A stretch of 64,000 nucleotides of DNA, taken from Candidatus Shapirobacteria bacterium (GTDB lineage: Bacteria > Patescibacteriota > Microgenomatia > UM-FILTER-40-11). Shown one piece after another: positions 36,077 through 44,783 of this stretch; position 1 is the stretch's first letter; every line of letters starts with the position of its first letter. The stretch lies in contig JAGVBK010000004.1 in NCBI GenBank assembly GCA_020059745.1, positions 178,511 to 242,510 of the forward strand, in the 5' to 3' direction. The notes below the pieces were generated by a model. The model had not been told where the DNA came from. It saw only the letters and a program-made list of their open reading frames with translations, and ran no database searches. A program made the position numbers and the translations under genes.

Positions 36077-36804
36077 TGAACTCTTTATCTGACCGCCAAA
36101 TTAAGATTCTTAAGGCAATCATTGACGAGTACATTGCCACCGCTCTTCCGGTTGGCTCAAATACCATTGAGAGAAAATACAACCTTGGCGTTTCTCCGGC
36201 CACCATCCGTAATGAAATGGTTAAACTTACTGAAGAAGGTTATCTCAAAAAAAGCCATTCTTCTTCAGGCCGAAGCCCGACCCCCGCCGCTTTAAAATTT
36301 TATGTTTCTAACCTCATGAAAGAGCAACAGCTTTCATTAACAGAGGAAGTGGCGGTAAAAGAAAAAGTATGGGACCACCGTGATGAGCTTGATAAGTTCT
36401 TAAGGGAAATGACCAAAGAACTGGCACTTAGGACAAAGGAGCTGGCTTTGTCAATGACAGAAGAAGGAGACATATATACGGCAGGAATGGCCAATATTCT
36501 TGAGTTTCCAGAGTTTTTTGACATTGATCTTACCAAAAGCCTTCTTGCCCACCTTGATGATGCCGATTATTGGAAAGGACTCTTAAATCATTCTCCAGAA
36601 GAAAGCCAGGTGGGGATTCTTATCGGAGACGATTTAGGAGATGAGCTTTACGAATCATGTGGTTTTGTTTTCCGTCGTTTTGAAGCCGGCCCCCACACAG
36701 GCGTTATTGGTGTTGTTGGTCCGGCCAGATTAAATTACAGTCGGATTTACCCCACGGTAAGATATTTTGGGGAATTGATAGACGAAATTTTCAGGAGTTG
36801 GTAA
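36076..36804 (+). CDS. hrcA: Heat-inducible transcription repressor HrcA (short form)
   Basis: LSDRQIKILKAIIDEYI..PVGS..VSPATIRNEM..HSSSGRSPT; GVVGPARLNY. Confidence 0.93.
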   Translation: MNSLSDRQIKILKAIIDEYIATALPVGSNTIERKYNLGVSPATIRNEMVKLTEEGYLKKSHSSSGRSPTPAALKFYVSNLMKEQQLSLTEEVAVKEKVWDHRDELDKFLREMTKELALRTKELALSMTEEGDIYTAGMANILEFPEFFDIDLTKSLLAHLDDADYWKGLLNHSPEESQVGILIGDDLGDELYESCGFVFRRFEAGPHTGVIGVVGPARLNYSRIYPTVRYFGELIDEIFRSW

Positions 36805-37262
36805 TGAAAAAAGGATCTGAAAAGCAAATTAAAGAAGCGGAAGAACTTGCTTTGGAAATTGAGGAACTTACTAATTGCTGGAAAAGAGCCTTGGCTGATT
36901 ACCAGAACTTGGAAAAAAGAATTGAAAATGAAAAAAAAGATTTTATCCAGTTTTCCAACCGTGAGCTGATACAAAAACTACTGCCAGTGCTTGATCATTT
37001 TGAAAGAGCCGATGAGCATCTTAAAGATCAGGGTTTACAGATGGCAATCAGGGATTTTAAAAGGGTTTTGTCGGAGGAAGGTTTGGAAGAAATCGGTGTT
37101 TTGGGTCAGGAATATAACCCCGTAGAGATGGAAGCAGTTGAGGTTGTGGAAGGCAAAGAATCGGGAAAAGTAGTTGAGGTTGCCCAAAAAGGTTATCGGC
37201 TTAAAGATAAAGTGATAAGGCCCGCACGGGTAAAAGTTACTAAAGTTAATGAACAAAAATAA
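36804..37262 (+). CDS. grpE: Nucleotide exchange factor GrpE
   Basis: RALADYQNLEKR, LLPVLD, QKGYRLKDKVIRPARVKV; TAATG overlap with hrcA. Confidence 0.93.
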   Translation: MKKGSEKQIKEAEELALEIEELTNCWKRALADYQNLEKRIENEKKDFIQFSNRELIQKLLPVLDHFERADEHLKDQGLQMAIRDFKRVLSEEGLEEIGVLGQEYNPVEMEAVEVVEGKESGKVVEVAQKGYRLKDKVIRPARVKVTKVNEQK

Positions 37263-37278
37263 GTAAAAAGGAGGTTAT

Positions 37279-39162
37279 ATGGCAAAAATTATCGGTATTG
37301 ATTTAGGAACCACCAATTCTGCGGTTGCTGTCATGGAAGGCGGCAGTCCAAAAATAATTTATTCGGCCGAAGGAAGGAATGTTATTCCTTCCATAGTAGA
37401 CCCTGTTTCCCATGTTGTCGGAGATGTAGCCAAAAGGCAAATGGTACTTAAGCCCAAGTCAACGATTTTTTCAATCAAAAGATTGATGGGAAAGAAATTT
37501 AAGGACGAAAGTGTTCAGGAGGACACAAAGTGGCTCCCTTACAGCATAAAAGAAGGCCGCGATGGTATGGCGGTTGTTGAGGTGGAGGGAAGAACTTTTA
37601 CCCCCCAGGAAATTTCTGCCATGATTTTACAGAAAGCAAAAGCCGACGCTGAAGCTTATCTGGGTACTAAAGTAACCCAAGCCGTAATTACCGTGCCTGC
37701 ATATTTTGACGATTCACAAAGACAGGCTACTAAACAAGCGGGAGAAATTGCCGGACTTGAAGTATTAAGAATTATAAACGAGCCGACAGCAGCAGCCCTA
37801 GCTTATGGTTTGGACAAAAAGAATGCCCAGACAGTGGCGGTATATGACCTTGGCGGCGGAACTTTTGACATTTCAATTTTGGAGTTGGGAGAAGGTGTTT
37901 ATGAAGTTAAATCAACCAGTGGCGATACCCACTTGGGAGGCGATGACTTTGACAAGGCAATCTTAAGCTACATTGCTGATGAGTTTCAGAAAGAGCACGG
38001 AATTGATTTGAGAAAAGACCCCCAGGCGCTACAAAGGTTAAAAGAAGCAGCAGAAAAAATTAAAATCGAGCTGTCTTCTTCTCAGGAGGGGGAAGTTAAC
38101 CAGCCGTTTATTACCCAGGGCAAAGATGGCAGCCCGCTTCACTTAAATATGAAAATTACCAGGGCAAAACTTCAGGATTTGGTAAGTGATTTAATTGAAA
38201 AAACAATTGAGCCAGTTAAGCAAGCCCTAAAAGATGCAGGCATTGAAAAGGGTGATGTCGATGAAATAATCATGGTTGGCGGTATGACCAGAATGCCAAA
38301 GGTTTACGAAACAGTTAAAAACTTTTTCGGCAAAGAACCTAACCGCTCGGTTAACCCAGACGAGGTGGTAGCTATTGGCGCTGCCATTCAAGGGGGAGTG
38401 CTAGGCGGCGAAGTAAAAGATGTGCTTTTACTGGATGTTACTCCTTTAACCTTGGGAATTGAAACCCTTGGCGGTGTTTCTACTCCGCTTATTCCGAGAA
38501 ACACCACAATTCCTACCTCAAAATCTCAGGTTTTTTCAACTGCAGCTGACAATCAGACGCAGGTTGAGATTAATGTCCTTCAGGGAGAAAGACCAATGGC
38601 AGCTGACAACAAATCCCTTGGCCGCTTTATTCTTGACGGCATTCCTCCGGCACCAAGAGGAATTCCTCAGGTTGAGGTTACTTTTGACATTGACGCTAAC
38701 GGCATTCTAAACGTTACGGCAAAGGATAAAGCAACCGGAAAAAGCCAGAGTGTTTCCATTAAAGGTTCAACCGGGCTTTCCAAAGACGAAATTGAGAAAA
38801 TGACCAAAGAAGCGGAGATTCACGCTTCAGAAGACGAGGAGAGAAGAAAAATTATTGAAGTAAGAAACCAGGCGGAAAGCATTGTCTATACTGCGGAAAA
38901 AACCCTTAAAGATGCGGGTGACAAGATTAAGCCAGAGGATAAAAAAGATATTGAAGATAAAATAAGCGATCTTAGAGAAACTCTTAAGACCGAAAACAGG
39001 GAAGAGATTGAGAAAAAAACTGCTTCTCTTTCCGAAACCCTGCAAAAAGTTGGCGCTTCTTTGTATCAGGAAGGACCGACCCAGGAAGCTCCGAAAGAGC
39101 AGCCTGAGGAGCAGCCAAAGGAGGAAGGAGAAGAAGCTGAAGAAGGAGAAGTTGTAAGTTAA
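37279..39162 (+). CDS. dnaK: Chaperone DnaK
   Basis: [34 protein letters not shown]; SD AAGGAGG. Confidence 0.98.
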   Translation: MAKIIGIDLGTTNSAVAVMEGGSPKIIYSAEGRNVIPSIVDPVSHVVGDVAKRQMVLKPKSTIFSIKRLMGKKFKDESVQEDTKWLPYSIKEGRDGMAVVEVEGRTFTPQEISAMILQKAKADAEAYLGTKVTQAVITVPAYFDDSQRQATKQAGEIAGLEVLRIINEPTAAALAYGLDKKNAQTVAVYDLGGGTFDISILELGEGVYEVKSTSGDTHLGGDDFDKAILSYIADEFQKEHGIDLRKDPQALQRLKEAAEKIKIELSSSQEGEVNQPFITQGKDGSPLHLNMKITRAKLQDLVSDLIEKTIEPVKQALKDAGIEKGDVDEIIMVGGMTRMPKVYETVKNFFGKEPNRSVNPDEVVAIGAAIQGGVLGGEVKDVLLLDVTPLTLGIETLGGVSTPLIPRNTTIPTSKSQVFSTAADNQTQVEINVLQGERPMAADNKSLGRFILDGIPPAPRGIPQVEVTFDIDANGILNVTAKDKATGKSQSVSIKGSTGLSKDEIEKMTKEAEIHASEDEERRKIIEVRNQAESIVYTAEKTLKDAGDKIKPEDKKDIEDKISDLRETLKTENREEIEKKTASLSETLQKVGASLYQEGPTQEAPKEQPEEQPKEEGEEAEEGEVVS

Positions 39163-39192
39163 AAACTAAAAAATTTTAAAAAATTGTAAAAT

Positions 39193-39222
39193 AAATGGTG
39201 GGGTTTTCCCCGCCATTTTTTT
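39193..39222 (+). terminator. Intrinsic terminator between dnaK and dnaJ
   Basis: AAATGGTGGGG-tttt-CCCCGCCATTT followed by T-tract. Confidence 0.8.
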
Positions 39223-39259
39223 CAAAGAAACTAAATAATTAAAAATAAAGAGATAAGGT

Positions 39260-40141
39260 ATGGCTGCTAAAAGAGATTATTATGAAATTTTAGGCATTAA
39301 AAAGAATGCCTCTGAAGCAGAAATTAAAGCTGCTTACCGTAGGCAGGCTTTGCAGTGGCATCCTGACAAGAATAAGTCTTCAGAAGCTGAATCAAAATTT
39401 AAAGAGGTTAATGAGGCTTATGAGGTTTTATCAAATAAAGACAAGAGAGCTGCTTACGATCAGTTTGGTCATGCAGCCTTTGAGCAAGGCGCTGGCTTTG
39501 GTAGTGGGGCTGGGCCATTCGGCGGACAAACAAGAAGCTATCAGCAGGGTCCGTTTTCCTATACTTATACTACTTACGGCGGCAATGGACCTGAAGGTTT
39601 TGATTTTGGTGGTTTTTCAGACCCCTTTGACATTTTCGCTCAGTTTTTTGGAGGCGCTTCTCCTTTTGGTAGTGGCCGGGCTTCAAGAAAACCCCGCTAC
39701 GGGATTTCGCTTTCTTTTATGGAAGCAGTAAAAGGAGTAGAGAAAGAAGTCAACATAGAAGGTAAAAAAAGAAAAATTAAAATTCCCCCCGGAGTTGACG
39801 ATGGCACAATTATTGATTTTGGTAACTTTTATCTTTCAGTTGATGTCAGGCCTGACCCTACTTTTAAAAGAGACGGCTTAGATGTTTATGTGGATAAAGA
39901 AATCTCATTTAGCCAAGCAGCCTTGGGGTCAGTAGTTGAAGTGCCTACGCTTGGCGGCAAGGTAAACCTAAAAATTAGGCCGGGGACTCAACCGGATACC
40001 TTGGTACGGCTTCGTGAAAAAGGTATTTTAAGCCCGAGAACAGGTAGAAAAGGTGACCAGTATGTCAGGATTAAGGTAATGGTGCCAACAAGGCTTTCAA
40101 GAAAGCAAAAAGAAATTCTTGAAGAGTTTGAAAATTCTTAA
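39260..40141 (+). CDS. dnaJ: DnaJ-family co-chaperone lacking the Zn finger (class B)
   Basis: J-domain with HPD, G/F-rich region, C-terminal domain; no CxxCxGxG repeats. Confidence 0.9.
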   Translation: MAAKRDYYEILGIKKNASEAEIKAAYRRQALQWHPDKNKSSEAESKFKEVNEAYEVLSNKDKRAAYDQFGHAAFEQGAGFGSGAGPFGGQTRSYQQGPFSYTYTTYGGNGPEGFDFGGFSDPFDIFAQFFGGASPFGSGRASRKPRYGISLSFMEAVKGVEKEVNIEGKKRKIKIPPGVDDGTIIDFGNFYLSVDVRPDPTFKRDGLDVYVDKEISFSQAALGSVVEVPTLGGKVNLKIRPGTQPDTLVRLREKGILSPRTGRKGDQYVRIKVMVPTRLSRKQKEILEEFENS

Positions 40142-40183
40142 AGTTTTTTGCTTTAATTAATTTTCTAAAGTATTATTTTCTTT

Positions 40184-40840
40184 ATGCTAAATAACACGAT
40201 TTTTGAGTTTATTAGACAATACGGGGTAAAAAGCGTTATTGTCGGAGGCTTAATCGAGCAGATTGTTGTTCCTGTCCCCTCTCCCTTAGTGCCAATGGCA
40301 GCAGGCTTTCTTTTTGTTGACCAGTCAATAACAAATTATTTCATTGTTTTTAGGGAGCTTTTTTTAAAGGCTGCTTTGCCTTTTGCTATCGGTTCAACCA
40401 TTGGCTCAACTATGGTTTATCTTGTTTCTTGGTACGGCGGAAAATGGCTTGTTGATAAATTTCACAAGTGGCTTGGTTTTGACTGGGAGGACATTGAAGG
40501 GATTCAGAGGAAGTATTTTAAAGGAAAGTCGACTGACGAGCTTTTAATTTTTGTGTTTCGGGCTATTCCCATGGTTCCTTCTTCTTTGATTTCTGCGGTT
40601 TCCGGAGCGATAAGAATTAAGCCGCTAAGTTTTTATCTTTACACCTTTTTAGGATTACTTTTCCGGGGTATTGTTTTGGGTTTTGTTGGTTGGCAAAGCG
40701 GAGAGGCAATTTTTAAAATCTCAAGCGGTCTTGATAAAACAGAGATGGTAATTAGCGTTTTAATGCTTCTTTTGTTTGCGGCGGCTTTTTTCTTTGCTTA
40801 TGCAAAAAGGAAAAAGTGGCTAAGGTCCATAAAAGAATAA
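40184..40840 (+). CDS. DedA/VTT-family membrane protein
   Basis: IEQIVVPVPS, GSTIGS..Y..GG, FRAIP..ISAVSG. Confidence 0.85.
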   Translation: MLNNTIFEFIRQYGVKSVIVGGLIEQIVVPVPSPLVPMAAGFLFVDQSITNYFIVFRELFLKAALPFAIGSTIGSTMVYLVSWYGGKWLVDKFHKWLGFDWEDIEGIQRKYFKGKSTDELLIFVFRAIPMVPSSLISAVSGAIRIKPLSFYLYTFLGLLFRGIVLGFVGWQSGEAIFKISSGLDKTEMVISVLMLLLFAAAFFFAYAKRKKWLRSIKE

Positions 40841-40861
40841 TTTTCTATCTTGCTTCTGAGA

Positions 40862-40890
40862 TTGACCCTTGGTTTTCAAAGTGTTACAAT
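40862..40890 (+). promoter_or_regulatory. nusA operon promoter
   Basis: TTGACC-17 nt-(TGt)TACAAT. Confidence 0.75.
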
Positions 40891-40917
40891 AGATTTGTTA
40901 GTTTAAACATGGAGCAG

Positions 40918-40939
40918 AGGCGAGATATCTCGCCTTTTT
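40918..40939 (+). terminator. Attenuator hairpin in the nusA 5' leader
   Basis: AGGCGAG-atat-CTCGCCT-TTTT between promoter and ATG. Confidence 0.7.
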
Positions 40940-40947
40940 AGATAAAT

Positions 40948-41991
40948 ATGGCAAATATTAATATACCAAGAACTGAATTTGCAGCTGCTTTGGCTCAGGT
41001 TGCTTCGGAAAGAGGCATTGACCCTGATCAGGTTTTGGAGTCTATTAAAGTGGCAATAATTACGGCCTACAAAAAAGATTACGGGGTTAAGGAAGGCTTT
41101 GAATACGGAGTTGAAATTGACCCTGCCTCTGGAGAATCACGGCTTTTTGCTTGGCCTGAAGGCGAGGAAGAAAAAAAGGAAGAAATCACTCCTGCCGGTT
41201 TTGGAAGAATTGCTGCCCAACAAGCAAGAAACATTATTGTCCAAAAAATAAGAGAAGCGGAAAAGAACTCCGTTCTTGAAGAATATGAAAAAAGGATCGG
41301 AACTTTGGTAAATGGCATGATTTTAAGATTTGAGGGAGACAATATTTTGGTTGATATTGGTAAAGGCGAAGCGGTAATGCCTCCTCAGGAACAAAACAGA
41401 GCAGAAAACTATCGCTTAAACATGAGAATGGTTTTTTTCTTGGAAGGAATTAGAGAAACCATGAAAGGCAGACAAATTATTGTTTCGAGAGCACACGAAG
41501 GCTTAGTTGAAGGTTTATTTAAAAGAGAGGTTCCCGAAGTTGCTTCAGGGGCAGTAGAAATAAAGGCAATTGCCAGAGAAGCAGGTTCCAGAACTAAAAT
41601 TGCCGTATTTTCCCAACAGCCAGGAGTCGATCCGGTTGGTTCTTGTGTTGGTCAAAAAGGAGTTCGGGTTCAGGCTGTAATTAATGAGTTAAACGGAGAA
41701 AAAATTGACATTATCCAATATAGTGAGGACGCAGAGAAATTTATTATCGCCGCTTTGGCTCCGGCAGAAAACATTGAAGTTGTAAAAATTGACAAAGAAG
41801 ACAAGATAGCCCATCTTATCGCTCCTGAGGATCAGCTTTCTTTGGCCATTGGTAAAGGCGGCCAAAATGTGAGGTTGGCGATTAAACTTACGGGTTATAA
41901 AATTGACATTGAGCCAAAAGAAGGGGTAACTCAGACCACTACCTCTCTGGAGGAACCAGGACCTCGGGAAACTCAGACAGAAGAAAAATAA
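40948..41991 (+). CDS. nusA: Transcription factor NusA
   Basis: FGRIAAQQAR, EVPEV, AREAGSRTKIAV, DPVGSCVGQKG, LSLAIGKGGQNVRLA. Confidence 0.97.
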   Translation: MANINIPRTEFAAALAQVASERGIDPDQVLESIKVAIITAYKKDYGVKEGFEYGVEIDPASGESRLFAWPEGEEEKKEEITPAGFGRIAAQQARNIIVQKIREAEKNSVLEEYEKRIGTLVNGMILRFEGDNILVDIGKGEAVMPPQEQNRAENYRLNMRMVFFLEGIRETMKGRQIIVSRAHEGLVEGLFKREVPEVASGAVEIKAIAREAGSRTKIAVFSQQPGVDPVGSCVGQKGVRVQAVINELNGEKIDIIQYSEDAEKFIIAALAPAENIEVVKIDKEDKIAHLIAPEDQLSLAIGKGGQNVRLAIKLTGYKIDIEPKEGVTQTTTSLEEPGPRETQTEEK

Positions 41992-42012
41992 AAGGCAAGA
42001 AAGGAGGGAGCC

Positions 42013-43443
42013 ATGGCTTCACAGAAAAAACCACCTGTAGTTACAATCATGGGTCATGTTGACCACGGAAAAACCACGCTTTTGGATTACATCAGAAAAA
42101 CAAAGCTGGTTGAAAAAGAAGTGGGACAGATTACCCAGGCTATTGGTGCTTATCAGATCGAACTTAAAAACGAAAAAATTACCTTCATTGATACCCCGGG
42201 CCACGAGGCGTTTACCAAAATGCGCTCAAGAGGAGCAAGGGTAGCTGATGTGGTTGTTTTGGTTGTTGCTGCTAATGACGGAGTAATGCCCCAGACAGAA
42301 GAAAGCCTTCGCATTATTGAAGAATCAAAAACCCCTTTTATTATTGCCATTAATAAAGTTGACTTACCCGAAGCTTCGCCGGACAAAGTTAAAGCTCAAT
42401 TGGCAGAAAATAATGTTTTAGTGGAAGAATACGGCGGTAAAGTGGTTGCAGTGCCTGTTTCCGCAAAGACAGGAGAAGGAATTGATCAGCTCTTAGAAAT
42501 GATTCTTCTTACTGCCGAAATTTCAGAGCTTAAAGCTGACCCTGAGGCTCATTTTGAGGGAGATATCATTGAATCAAAAGCTGACAAATATTGTGGTTCT
42601 GTGGCTACCCTAATTGTAAGGAGTGGCACCTTAAGGAAAGGGGACCAGATTACGGCTGACGGTGTTTCCGCTAAGGTGAGAATGATGCGGGATGAGTTTG
42701 GCAAGCCGGTTGAAAAAGCATTCCCCGGAGATCCGGTTTTGGTTTTAGGTTTTTCTTCAGTTCCCCAGGCAGGAGCTTTGGCAAAAGAGCTTTTTGAGAC
42801 TGAAGAAAAAGCTTCCGGAACTTTAAAAGAAAGGACAATGCCCGCTCCTCAAAAAGAGGAGGAAAGCAAACTGAAAATTATTCTTAAAGCTGATGTGACT
42901 GGTTCTTTGGAGGCAATCTTGGGTTGTCTGCCCGATGAGGTTTTGGTAATGGAAAAAGGGGTTGGCGAGGTAACGGAATCTGATGTTTTATTGGCTAAGA
43001 CTTTTGGAGCGGAGATTTACAGCTTTAATTTAAACCAAGGCCCAAACATAAAAAAATTAGCAGAAACAGAAAATGTAAAAATCAGGAATTACAATATTAT
43101 CTATAACTTACTTAAGGAAGTTGAAGAAAGAATTTTAAAGATTCTTGAGCCTACTATTGACCGAAAAGTTTTGGGAAAGGCAGAAATTTTGGCGGTTTTT
43201 GAAATGAAGGGAGAAAAAATTGCGGGAGCAAGGGTAACTGAAGGCAAAATAAACAAAAATTTTGCTGTCTGCCTCCAAAGAGACAATAAAATTCTTGTCG
43301 AAACAAGAATAACTTCGCTTAAGGTTGAAAAGCAGGACGTTAATGAAGTTGGCGAGGGCGGTGAATTTGGGGTGATTTTTGCCAAAAAAGTTGATTTTCA
43401 GAAGGGCGATATGATAATATCTTACAGCCTAGAGGAAAATTAA
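42013..43443 (+). CDS. infB: Translation initiation factor IF-2 (minimal, 476 aa)
   Basis: [44 protein letters not shown]. Confidence 0.96.
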   Translation: MASQKKPPVVTIMGHVDHGKTTLLDYIRKTKLVEKEVGQITQAIGAYQIELKNEKITFIDTPGHEAFTKMRSRGARVADVVVLVVAANDGVMPQTEESLRIIEESKTPFIIAINKVDLPEASPDKVKAQLAENNVLVEEYGGKVVAVPVSAKTGEGIDQLLEMILLTAEISELKADPEAHFEGDIIESKADKYCGSVATLIVRSGTLRKGDQITADGVSAKVRMMRDEFGKPVEKAFPGDPVLVLGFSSVPQAGALAKELFETEEKASGTLKERTMPAPQKEEESKLKIILKADVTGSLEAILGCLPDEVLVMEKGVGEVTESDVLLAKTFGAEIYSFNLNQGPNIKKLAETENVKIRNYNIIYNLLKEVEERILKILEPTIDRKVLGKAEILAVFEMKGEKIAGARVTEGKINKNFAVCLQRDNKILVETRITSLKVEKQDVNEVGEGGEFGVIFAKKVDFQKGDMIISYSLEEN

Positions 43444-43460
43444 TAAGGTTTAGCATAAAT

Positions 43461-44366
43461 ATGAATAAAGACTATCCTTTTAGCGAGTTGAAGGAAAGAA
43501 TTTCTACAGCTCAAAAAATTATTGTTGCCTTGCCAAAAAACCCATATTTTGACCAGGTGGCTGCGGCCTTGGCTTTGGCAATTTCTCTTGAAGAATCAGA
43601 CAAAAGCGTTTCAGTCCTTTGTGCTACTCCTATGACGGTTGAATATAACCACCTTGTGGGAGTAAACAAGATTACCAGCAAGGTCCAGGGAAGAGACTTG
43701 CTTATTACTTTCAATTATTCGGCTGAAGATATTGAGCGCGTTAGCTATAACGACGATGGCAATAAACCAAACATTCTTATTCAGCCCAAATCAGGAGCGT
43801 CTCCAATTTCCCAGGAACTGGCAAATTTTTCTTATTCCGGAACTGGAGCCGATTTGGTTTTTACTGTGGGTTTAAAAAATGCTAATCAGCTTAATTTTAC
43901 CGGTCTTAATCCAGAAGAAAATTTTGTGATTAACCTAGACACCGATCCGTCAAATTCCCAGTTTGGCCAAGTGAATGTTATTGATACTGAAGCAGCTTCT
44001 TACTCGGAAGTAGTTTTAGCTTTGATTGCCGGTCTTGGTCTTTCTTTGGGAACTGATTCTGCTCAAAATGTGATTTCCGGAATTTGGGCTGGAACTCAGG
44101 GGCTTTCTTCACCCCGTGTTCAGGCTGATACTTTTGAGGCAATTTCAATTTGTTTAAGAACCGGTGCCCAAAAACCTGCCGGGGGTGTTGGTAAAAAAGA
44201 AGCTCAATTTGTTTCTTCACCAAAACAGGAGCAAAAAGAGAAAACTACTTTTTTAAAAGAAGAAAGCCAGGGTAAAGATAAAGCGGAACAGGATAAAAGC
44301 GGAAATCCCCCGGCTGACTGGTTTGAACCGAAGATTTATAAAGGAACAGATCTTTCTCAAAAATAA
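43461..44366 (+). CDS. Degenerate DHH/NrnA-like protein (catalytic motifs lost)
   Basis: PYFDQVAAALAL and INLDTDPSN align to the PDxD and IDHH motifs; sits in the usual nrnA position after infB. Confidence 0.7.
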   Translation: MNKDYPFSELKERISTAQKIIVALPKNPYFDQVAAALALAISLEESDKSVSVLCATPMTVEYNHLVGVNKITSKVQGRDLLITFNYSAEDIERVSYNDDGNKPNILIQPKSGASPISQELANFSYSGTGADLVFTVGLKNANQLNFTGLNPEENFVINLDTDPSNSQFGQVNVIDTEAASYSEVVLALIAGLGLSLGTDSAQNVISGIWAGTQGLSSPRVQADTFEAISICLRTGAQKPAGGVGKKEAQFVSSPKQEQKEKTTFLKEESQGKDKAEQDKSGNPPADWFEPKIYKGTDLSQK

Positions 44367-44430
44367 GCGTAGCTTGATTTCAGGAAAATAAGCGTAGCTT
44401 GATTTCAAGAAAATAAGCAGAGCTTGATTT
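44360..44430 (+). repeat. 25-bp tandem repeat, about 3 copies
   Basis: AAAATAAGCGTAGCTTGATTTCAGG / AAAATAAGCGTAGCTTGATTTCAAG / AAAATAAGCAGAGCTTGATTT. Confidence 0.95.
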
Positions 44431-44439
44431 AAATAATCC

Positions 44440-44468
44440 TTGTATTGAGAAACAAAATCAAATATAAT
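44440..44468 (+). promoter_or_regulatory. rpsO-pnp promoter
   Basis: TTGTAT-17 nt-TATAAT. Confidence 0.65.
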
Positions 44469-44493
44469 TAGGCAATAAAACATAACTATAAAC

Positions 44494-44763
44494 ATGGCCT
44501 TAAGATCAGAAGAAAAGAAAGAAATTATTGATAAGTACGCAACCGCCAAAGGGGACACTGGTTCTCCTGAAGTGCAAATTGCTTTGCTTTCAACTAAAAT
44601 TGACAAACTGGTAGGTCATCTTAAAGAAAATAAAAAAGATGTTCACTCCAGGCGTGGACTTCTCTCTATGGTCTCCAAGAGAAGAAGGCTTTTATCATAT
44701 TTGTTAAAGAAAGATGAAGAAAGGTATCGGAGAATCGTTAAAGACTTAGGGCTTTCTAAGTAA
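44494..44763 (+). CDS. rpsO: 30S ribosomal protein S15
   Basis: [28 protein letters not shown]. Confidence 0.97.
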   Translation: MALRSEEKKEIIDKYATAKGDTGSPEVQIALLSTKIDKLVGHLKENKKDVHSRRGLLSMVSKRRRLLSYLLKKDEERYRRIVKDLGLSK

Positions 44764-44783
44764 TTAACTTCCCTTAAATTTTT

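Noticed and set aside
39187-39192. Internal dnaJ promoter (TAAAAT) firing inside the terminator stem
   Set aside because: No -35 or proper extended -10 in very AT-rich context; unsupported
44360-44430. Possible mini CRISPR array
   Set aside because: Units are contiguous with no unique spacers, and no cas genes are present
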